DNA of 64,000 bases from NCBI GenBank assembly GCA_016234855.1, contig JACRNO010000023.1:24438-88437 (forward strand), written 5' to 3'. A program made the translations under genes and the position numbers. The DNA comes from Deltaproteobacteria bacterium. GTDB lineage: Bacteria > Desulfobacterota > GWC2-55-46. Shown piece by piece: positions 29,737-36,780 of the stretch; positions within the stretch are counted from its first letter, which is position 1; every line of letters starts with the position of its first letter. The notes below the pieces were generated by a model. It did no database searches and had not been told where the DNA came from. It was given only the letters and a program-made list of their open reading frames with translations.

Positions 29737-30501
29737 TCAGTAGTGATACGACATCCCAAAATATGGACCGTCGAGCACTTCTTCACCTGCCTTCATCCTG
29801 CGGTATCCGGCCCTGATGGAATAAAATTCATTGATGTATGCAATAGAACCGTCATAATCGCTTACCTGATTCCCATTAATCCAGTTCCATGTCGGGGCAA
29901 ACCGTATGCATATATTCTCATGAGGATAAAAATTCATCGGAGATGTCACGGAGGCTCCGCTGTTCTCATCCTTTCCGCTCATGGAAATCCTGCCTATGCC
30001 CATATCCAATTCAAACTTCTTTGAAAAAGAGATACGATACAGCCCGTGAATATTCACAATATCCAAACTGTCATGCGGTTTTTTTTCTTCATAGTGCGTC
30101 TGGCGAAATTGCAACCCGACCGCTCCATATCCTACTTCAATCCGCCCATCCAAACCCCAGACATTGGAATTTACCAGTTGATAATTGATGTCCGAGCGAA
30201 AGTAAGGCAGGTCTGAGTCGCCTATATGTCTTAATCCCAAACTGGCCGCGTTGTGGGTTTTCGGCTGACTTACTCTTTCCATGCTGAGTTTGCCGCCCTC
30301 TACAAGAGTCCTGATAAACAGGTCTCCTATGACATCGTCAAATAATAAGTCGAAAATCGTATCATCATCTTTATTGTCGGCCTTTTTCTCGGTTGCCGCC
30401 TTCTCAAAATTGCCGAGTTGACCTGCGAAGGAACTTTGGTAAAAGAGGGTTTGGATAAATAGCGTTATCAAAAAAACGCAGGTGAGCTTAGCCGTTGTCA
30501 T
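29737..30501 (-). CDS. Hypothetical secreted / outer-membrane beta-barrel-like protein, in a visibly AT-richer stretch
   Basis: Signal peptide MTTAKLTCVFLITLFIQTLFYQSSFAG. Alternating hydrophobic beta-strand patterns with a C-terminal aromatic residue. Local composition is clearly less GC-rich than the flanks. Confidence 0.45.
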   Translation of the reverse strand: MTTAKLTCVFLITLFIQTLFYQSSFAGQLGNFEKAATEKKADNKDDDTIFDLLFDDVIGDLFIRTLVEGGKLSMERVSQPKTHNAASLGLRHIGDSDLPYFRSDINYQLVNSNVWGLDGRIEVGYGAVGLQFRQTHYEEKKPHDSLDIVNIHGLYRISFSKKFELDMGIGRISMSGKDENSGASVTSPMNFYPHENICIRFAPTWNWINGNQVSDYDGSIAYINEFYSIRAGYRRMKAGEEVLDGPYFGMSYHY

Positions 30502-30609
30502 AATTAGCCTTCTGGACGGGATGAGATTGATGTAGATAAGGGGATGTGGACTCAGTCCCACTCAGCCGCGCCTTGATGCGTATCTTCCAAACCTTCACCC
30601 CCTCTCCCC

Positions 30610-31347
30610 TCACACCCCGAACCTCAGCCTCTCGGCGAGCCGCTCTGGCAGGCCGGCCTCAAGTATCTTCAGCGCCGTTGCGGCGATATCGTAATCCACT
30701 TTATGAAAGGTTATGACCCCGGCTTCCGTGTCATAGATAACGAAAGACGCATGCGGGTCGTGGTTACGCGGCTGGCCGACCGAGCCCGGGTTTATGAGGT
30801 AAGAGCAACCCTTTTCAAGCTCGACCGTATCCTCGTGGATTGCGAAGACCGTTTCCCCGCATTCGACGTAAACGACGGGCACGTGCGTATGGCCGAAGAA
30901 GGCGATGTTAATGCCAACGGACAGTTCGTGCATGAGGCTGAAGTTGACTGCCGCGTCGTCCGTGCCGTTCAAATAACTGTCAGTGTCGTTCACCCAGCCG
31001 TGCATGGCAAGGAACGCGTTGTCAATGATAGCGCTTCGCGGCAGGGCTTCAATATACGCCTTGTTCTCCGGGGTGAGTTGCTCGCGTGTCCACAGGAGCG
31101 CCTTTTCTGCAAGCGGGTTGAAGTCGTCAGGCTCGTCAAGTCCGGCAGCCCTGTCGTCGTGGTTGCCCATGACGCTTGGGATGGCGCGGCCTCGTAATAT
31201 TGCGATACATTCGTTGGGGTTGGAGTTGTAGCCGACGATATCGCCGAGGCAGACAATGACGTCAGGCGCAAGCGAATCTATCTCCGCGAGCACGGCGTTC
31301 AGGGCCTCGAGATTGGAATGGACGTCGGAGATTATGGCGTAGCGCAT
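30610..31347 (-). CDS. Metallophosphoesterase (calcineurin-like, YfcE/MPP family)
   Basis: MRYAIISDVHSN...CLGDIVGY...GNHD...GHTH, the metallophosphatase motifs. Confidence 0.8.
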   Translation of the reverse strand: MRYAIISDVHSNLEALNAVLAEIDSLAPDVIVCLGDIVGYNSNPNECIAILRGRAIPSVMGNHDDRAAGLDEPDDFNPLAEKALLWTREQLTPENKAYIEALPRSAIIDNAFLAMHGWVNDTDSYLNGTDDAAVNFSLMHELSVGINIAFFGHTHVPVVYVECGETVFAIHEDTVELEKGCSYLINPGSVGQPRNHDPHASFVIYDTEAGVITFHKVDYDIAATALKILEAGLPERLAERLRFGV

Positions 31348-31449
31348 GAGAGGGACGATGTGTGGGATGCGTGATGAGCGGTTTAAATGCCGCGCCCCGT
31401 CAAAAGGGACGCATGTGCGTAGGAGAATATAAAAATGGAACTCGTGATA

Positions 31450-31747
31450 CTGTAGCTCAGACCTTCAGGTCTGATACGCAGGCGTTTATCTATTCAGGGC
31501 AAATCCCCACGACCCACTTTACAAGCAAGGCGCGCTTTCTCCTCCCCTTATTTAAGGGGAGGCAGGGAGGGGTTATATTTTGCACGCCGCAGATTAACTC
31601 CCCCCCCGCCCCCTCTTTAAAAAGAGGGGGAGCTTTTAAATCCCCCGCCCCACGCCAAGTGGCGTGGGTACCCCGCCCCCGTGTGCGCTAAAGTTATGTA
31701 TTTGGCGCCTTTTTCAAAGGGGGAAGTTTAAGCCCTGAGCTACGTCA
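31450..31747. repeat. Composite repeat island: the split hairpin repeat tattcagggcaaa ... aagccctgagctacg flanks a roughly 225-bp insert carrying GC-tract hairpins, a family C core (ccacgcc-aagt-ggcgtgg-gtacccc) and family D copy 1
   Basis: The intact homologue tattcagggctaaagccctgaactac occurs at 34719-34746. The inverted motif ctgtagctcag at 31450 mirrors ctgagctacg at 31736. Confidence 0.5.
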
Positions 31748-31872
31748 GTAAGGACCGGAGGCATGAGGCGGGAAGCAGGATGTGATAAAGACCTTACCAC
31801 CTCCGACCTCCCACTCCCGACTCCCAATCATGTGTATCTGCTGCGCTTGACCCAACCTTGCTTTTGTCGGTC

Positions 31873-32184
31873 TCAGTGTATCGTGCCCTTGGCCTCTTCG
31901 CCGTGCGCCGCGGGCCTGCCGGTCTGCAAGGGGTCTTCCACAAACCTGTCCCTGCATGCCTTGCACATGATGAAGATGCGCTCCATGGCCACGTCTTCCT
32001 CAAGGGCCTTCGCGTCCATCGTTTCGATGGCCTCAAGAAGCTCGTTGATGCCGCTCTCGACGTCCCCTTCATAGTCTTCAAGGTATCCGTCGAAGTCGGC
32101 AAATGACTTTATCTCGACGATATACTTGAGCGTCCCTTTGGGCAGTTCCTTGCGGCAGCTATGGCAGTGGAGTTTTTGCATCAC
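31873..32184 (-). CDS. Small zinc-ribbon protein (two CxxC pairs)
   Basis: 103 aa. HCHSCRKEL ... CKACRDRF. Divergent from the helicase gene. Confidence 0.45.
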   Translation of the reverse strand: MMQKLHCHSCRKELPKGTLKYIVEIKSFADFDGYLEDYEGDVESGINELLEAIETMDAKALEEDVAMERIFIMCKACRDRFVEDPLQTGRPAAHGEEAKGTIH

Positions 32185-32418
32185 CGGAATCCTTGATTAT
32201 ATTTGTCTTTCATTGAACCAGCCGACCGGCGGCCCTGATTCAGATGAAGGGATTGAATCTTAATATATAATACCGCCTGAGTCAATCCCTGTCGTATGAT
32301 GACGAGGAAAAGAGTTGTCGTTACGGCGTGTTTTAAGAATATACCCAAACAAAACTCTTGTCAAACCGCTGCGTCGCGCCTTGGTAAAGGCCGTCTTTTT
32401 ATGATATAGTGCGGCTCA

Positions 32419-34710
32419 ATGGACATAAACGGGCTTATAAACGAGTTTAAAAAGCGCAAAGACCTGCGAGAGGTCGTCCACCACGAGGTCATGCCCCCTC
32501 ACCCGGCCTCTTACGGCGAGACGAGCCGGCCTTTAAACCCGGCGGTTGCGGCCGCACTTGCCGCAAACGGGATTACGCGCCTTTTTACCCATCAGGCGCA
32601 GGGCATAGACCTTATAAGGGCGGGCTGCAATACCGTTGTTATGACACCGGCGGCGAGCGGCAAGAGCCTTATCTACAACATACCGGTTGTTGAGTCCGTC
32701 CTCGACGACCCGGCCTCCCGCGCCATATATCTATTCCCGCTTAAAGGGCTTGAACAGGACCAGTTGAAGGCGCTGCGTAACCTGACTGATTCGATAACGT
32801 TCCCACATGAAGAAGCCAAGGCGCGTAAGCGCGGCTACGTCCCGGGGTTATGTGAAATATACGACGGCGACACTACGGATTACAAAAGAACCCGTATCCG
32901 CTCTGCCCCGCCCGGCATACTCCTTACGAACCCTGACATGCTCCACCTCGCCATCCTCCCGTTCCATCAGAAGTGGGAGGAGTTTTTCAAGAACCTCAAG
33001 TACGTCGTCATAGACGAGGTGCACACCTACCGGGGCGTCTTCGGCTCGCACGTGGCCCAGGTCTTACGGAGACTCCGGCGCATTGCCGCGCTCTACGGCA
33101 GCTCTCCGCAGTTTATCGCCTCGTCCGCCACCATAGCCAACCCGGTCGAGCTTAGCGAAATGCTCACCGGAGTAGAGTTCGAGTTGGTTACAAGGAGCGG
33201 CGCGCCGACCGGCAGGCGGAATTTCATATTCATCAATCCCGCGCTCTCAGCCTCGCCTTATGCCATCGCAACAAAGCTCTTTGTCGAGGCGGTGAAGAAC
33301 GGCTTTAAGACCATTGCCTTTACCAAGGCGCGCAAGGTGACCGAGCTTATCCACGCATGGGTAAGGCAGGCCGCGCCCGAGCTTGAGCCTGTGATAAGCT
33401 CGTACAGGGCAGGATTTCTCCCTGCCGAGCGCAGGGCCATCGAGGCGCGGCTATTCAGCGAAGAGCTGAGCGGGGTCATTTCAACGAGCGCGCTTGAGCT
33501 TGGCGTGGACATAGGCGGGCTCGACGTCTGCATACTCGTGGGCTATCCCGGCACCGTCGCTTCTACCTGGCAGAGGGCCGGGCGCGCGGGCAGGAGCGGC
33601 GCTGATTCGCTCATCGTCATGGCTGCCCAGGCCGACGCGCTCGACCAGTACTTCATGCGTAACCCCGAAGACTTTTTCAAGCGGCGTTCCGAGGCGGCGG
33701 TCATAGACACTGAAAACCCGGTTATCCTGAAACCACACCTACTTTGCGCGGCCGCAGAGGCGGTTATAAAACCCAATGACCTCGTATACGACCCCATCTC
33801 CCGCGCTCCTATCCTGAGAGAACTTGAGACGGAGGGCAAGGTCAGGTACTGGGCCAAGGGCGGGGTATGGTATCCGCGAAAGAAGTACCCGCACCGCGAG
33901 GTATCGATACGCGAGGCTGGACATACGTACATGATAGTACAGGAAGGCGGCGGGCTGCTCGGCGAGTCGAGTTCCTCGCGCGTCCTGCATGAACTCCACC
34001 CCGGGGCCGTCTATCTGCACAAGGGGATGCAGTACCGGGTGACGACCCTTGATATGGATAACCGCAAAGTCGTATGCAGGCCTGCCGCGGACCTTGATTA
34101 CTATACGCGGCCCATGACGGAAGAGACCTCAGAGGTCATATCCGTCACAGCCTCGAACTCACTGCCCGGCGCTTTGATAAACCTCGGCATGGTGCGCATA
34201 ACCGAGCGCGTGACCGGTTTCAGGCGCAGGCACATCAGCACGAACGAGAATCTCGGCGAGTATGAGCTGAACCTGCCTGAGCAGGTCTTTACGACGATGG
34301 GCATCTGGACTAAGGTGGACGAGGACGCGCTCGTGAATGTAAAGGAGAACGGCTGGAGCGTTGCCGGGAGCCTGCACGCGGTCGAGCACGCCGCCATAGC
34401 CGCCCTTCCGCTCTTTGCCATGTGCGACAGGATGGACCTCGGCGGCGTAAGCTACGTCTTCAACCCTGAGCTTGAGTCGCCTGCCATATTCATCTACGAC
34501 GGGCACGAGGGCGGGGTCGGCCTTGCAAGGCGCGGCTTCGAGTGCATGGAAGAGTGGCTTACGGCAACGCGCAGTCTGATGGAGGACTGTCCCTGCGAGG
34601 TCTCTTGCCCGTCCTGCACACAAGACCCCAAATGCGGCAACAACAACGAGCCTCTCGATAAACGCGGGGCCATAGAGATAATAAGGCAGTGGCTGGGACG
34701 GAGGTCATAG
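32419..34710 (+). CDS. DEAD/DEAH-box helicase with C-terminal DUF1998 4-Cys zinc domain (MrfA/YprA-like)
   Basis: 763 aa. Walker A PAASGKSL, DEVH box VIDEVHTY, helicase C motifs, and a C-terminal CPCEVSCPSCTQDPKCGNNNEPLDK cysteine cluster typical of DUF1998. Confidence 0.8.
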   Translation: MDINGLINEFKKRKDLREVVHHEVMPPHPASYGETSRPLNPAVAAALAANGITRLFTHQAQGIDLIRAGCNTVVMTPAASGKSLIYNIPVVESVLDDPASRAIYLFPLKGLEQDQLKALRNLTDSITFPHEEAKARKRGYVPGLCEIYDGDTTDYKRTRIRSAPPGILLTNPDMLHLAILPFHQKWEEFFKNLKYVVIDEVHTYRGVFGSHVAQVLRRLRRIAALYGSSPQFIASSATIANPVELSEMLTGVEFELVTRSGAPTGRRNFIFINPALSASPYAIATKLFVEAVKNGFKTIAFTKARKVTELIHAWVRQAAPELEPVISSYRAGFLPAERRAIEARLFSEELSGVISTSALELGVDIGGLDVCILVGYPGTVASTWQRAGRAGRSGADSLIVMAAQADALDQYFMRNPEDFFKRRSEAAVIDTENPVILKPHLLCAAAEAVIKPNDLVYDPISRAPILRELETEGKVRYWAKGGVWYPRKKYPHREVSIREAGHTYMIVQEGGGLLGESSSSRVLHELHPGAVYLHKGMQYRVTTLDMDNRKVVCRPAADLDYYTRPMTEETSEVISVTASNSLPGALINLGMVRITERVTGFRRRHISTNENLGEYELNLPEQVFTTMGIWTKVDEDALVNVKENGWSVAGSLHAVEHAAIAALPLFAMCDRMDLGGVSYVFNPELESPAIFIYDGHEGGVGLARRGFECMEEWLTATRSLMEDCPCEVSCPSCTQDPKCGNNNEPLDKRGAIEIIRQWLGRRS

Positions 34711-34751
34711 CGCGCTATTATTCAGGGCTAAAGCCCTGAACTACTCAAGAG

Positions 34752-34790
34752 ACGCCTGTGCAGCGTCTTCAGGAAGGCGTTTTTCCCTGC
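34752..34790 (+). terminator. Putative intrinsic terminator after the helicase gene
   Basis: agacgcctgtgcagcgtct...aggcgttttt hairpin with a T-run. Confidence 0.4.
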
Positions 34791-34834
34791 ACTTTTCAAA
34801 AGACGCACACGATGATTTATGATAGAGTCAGGCC

Positions 34835-35431
34835 ATGGACAGGTTTGAGCGCAAGGCCATAAAGCAGGGCTGCCGCCTTGTTGCGGGGGTTGACGAGGCC
34901 GGACGCGGGCCGCTGGCCGGGCCGGTCGTGGCGGCAAGCGTGATATTCGCCGCGCCTTATCCCATCGGCATCGGCATCAACGACTCAAAAAAACTCACCC
35001 CTGTTGCCAGAGAGCGGCTTGCGCCGATTATTCGCCAGACGGCGCTGAACATAGGCATCGGAATAGTCTGGCCACTGACCATCGACGTCATAAATATCCG
35101 TCAGGCGTCCATGCTTGCCATGGCGCGCGCGATCGAGTCCATGGCCGTTACGCCGGATATGCTCCTCATCGACGGCAATACGCGCCTTGAGCTTGACCTG
35201 CCGCAAAAGACGATTGTCGGCGGAGACGAACTGTCGGTGAGCATTGCGGCAGCGTCCATCATAGCCAAGACAACGAGGGACGCCATAATGGAGGCCTGCC
35301 ACGGCCTGCACCCTCAATATAATTTTCTGAGCAATAAGGGTTACGGCACGCAGGAGCATCTTCAGGCCCTGCGTAAGCACGGCCCTTGCCCCATGCACAG
35401 GATGACATTCGGCGGGGTAGTTGTAAAATAA
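34835..35431 (+). CDS. rnhB: Ribonuclease HII
   Basis: GVDEAGRGPLAGPVVAA... and the DDSK motif (INDSKKL). Confidence 0.9.
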   Translation: MDRFERKAIKQGCRLVAGVDEAGRGPLAGPVVAASVIFAAPYPIGIGINDSKKLTPVARERLAPIIRQTALNIGIGIVWPLTIDVINIRQASMLAMARAIESMAVTPDMLLIDGNTRLELDLPQKTIVGGDELSVSIAAASIIAKTTRDAIMEACHGLHPQYNFLSNKGYGTQEHLQALRKHGPCPMHRMTFGGVVVK

Positions 35432-35479
35432 GGCCTTCGCTATTTATATGAGTAAAAGCAAGAAGGAGAGATTTAACCG

Positions 35480-35845
35480 ATGGCCATTGACAAGCTCGCC
35501 ATAGGCCGCATGGGCGAAGATGCAGCGGCAAGGGCCTTGAAGAAGAACGGCTACATGATAGTGGCAAAAAACTTCAGGTGCCGCTTCGGCGAGATAGACA
35601 TAATAGCAAAAGACGGCAAGACGCTGGTATTCGTCGAGGTCAAGACGCGCGCAAGCGACGCGTTCGGCACGCCCGGCGCGAGCGTGGACGCCAGGAAACA
35701 GCGGCGCATAATAACCGCATCTTCCATATACATGAACGAGAACGGACTTGACGATGCAGCGGTAAGGTTTGACGTGGTGGGCGTGGACACGAGCGGCGGG
35801 GAGGTCCTCCGCGTGGAGATCATAAGGGACGCGTTCGGCGCGTAG
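35480..35845 (+). CDS. yraN: YraN-family (UPF0102) endonuclease
   Basis: 121 aa. GEDAAARALKKNGYMIVAKNFRCRFGEIDIIAKDGKTLVFVEVKTR. The classic rnhB-yraN adjacency. Confidence 0.8.
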   Translation: MAIDKLAIGRMGEDAAARALKKNGYMIVAKNFRCRFGEIDIIAKDGKTLVFVEVKTRASDAFGTPGASVDARKQRRIITASSIYMNENGLDDAAVRFDVVGVDTSGGEVLRVEIIRDAFGA

Positions 35846-35945
35846 ACGGTGGTTGCATCAAGACGCATCGGGCGGATTATCTTTAAGCATCTGCCGGAAC
35901 AATGGCTAAGTCGCGGTATTGCAATAGGTTATCATTTCAAATAAT

Positions 35946-36083
35946 TCAATCGCGGAGAGATTTATCAGGTTTGCAAGTCCCATACCAAAGGAAGGTAAGG
36001 AAACGTCCGACGAGTTTCCCGCTGATGTAGATGTACGCTATCGCTAAAAATGCGCCTAAAAGAGCCGCAAGGATCTCGACCAT
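35946..36083 (-). CDS. Candidate small hydrophobic membrane protein (45 aa), missed by the ORF track size cutoff
   Basis: Minus-strand ATG at 36083 is preceded by a GGAGGA RBS 7 nt upstream. Translates MVEILAALLGAFLAIAYIYISGKLVGRFLTFLWYGTCKPDKSLRD. Confidence 0.35.
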   Translation of the reverse strand: MVEILAALLGAFLAIAYIYISGKLVGRFLTFLWYGTCKPDKSLRD

Positions 36084-36146
36084 GAGTGTTTCCTCCGTTG
36101 TAACTGAGCTTACCGCCTATGCTGGCACATGGTTAAACCCAGGCAT

Positions 36147-36689
36147 CTACCTGTCCCAGATGGTCGCTCCACCTTCCGGCGGGGTCTCGCCGCGGGGCTT
36201 GTCAATGGAGGGCACGGGCGTCTCTCCCTCTTTTGCCGAGATCTCGCTCTTGAGCGAATCTTCAAGCGCCTTGAGCTTGGCGGCCTTTATCGACTCAAGG
36301 GCTTCAACAGACTTTTCAAAACGCGCCCTGTCAGTTTTGAGAGCCGCTCCCTGGTCTTTCAGCGATGCGATTACGTCCTCCATGTAAGACTCGACAAGGC
36401 CCCGGACGCGCTTATACCGCCTTGGCCCCGGGGCAACAGACCACTTGATGGACTGAAGCTCCTTTATCATGCGCATGCGTCCCTCGTCAGAGGCCTTGAT
36501 GACGCCGGATGCGTCGATGGTAGTTGGCAGGTCTTTTATAGCGGCCTGAACTCCGGCATGGAATTCGTCAATAATGGTGGTTGCGGCTGAGACGCTGTCC
36601 GTTGTTACGCCGTCCCCTGCCATTACCGGCGCTGAGATAAAGATGATAAAAAGCGATATGAAAGAGATAACCGTCATGCGCGTCGTCAT
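36147..36689 (-). CDS. Hypothetical periplasmic coiled-coil protein
   Basis: Likely start MTTRMTVISFISLFIIFISAPVMAG (signal peptide) at 36689. The track ORF extends to 36830 and would overlap the polA start. Confidence 0.45.
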   Translation of the reverse strand: MTTRMTVISFISLFIIFISAPVMAGDGVTTDSVSAATTIIDEFHAGVQAAIKDLPTTIDASGVIKASDEGRMRMIKELQSIKWSVAPGPRRYKRVRGLVESYMEDVIASLKDQGAALKTDRARFEKSVEALESIKAAKLKALEDSLKSEISAKEGETPVPSIDKPRGETPPEGGATIWDR

Positions 36690-36780
36690 AATTTGAGTAT
36701 ATACTGACGGACGCATGCTGTCAACACGGCCCGCAACCGGCCTTTGCGAGGTCCGAGCTTTAGCCCGAGGAAAAGTTATA

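Noticed and set aside
31447-31475. The tRNA-like string ctgtagctcag, resembling the 5' end and D-arm of a tRNA.
   Set aside because: No acceptor-stem complement, anticodon arm or T-loop (GGTTCGAATCC-like) follows. It is the inverted copy of the GAGCTACAG repeat tail.
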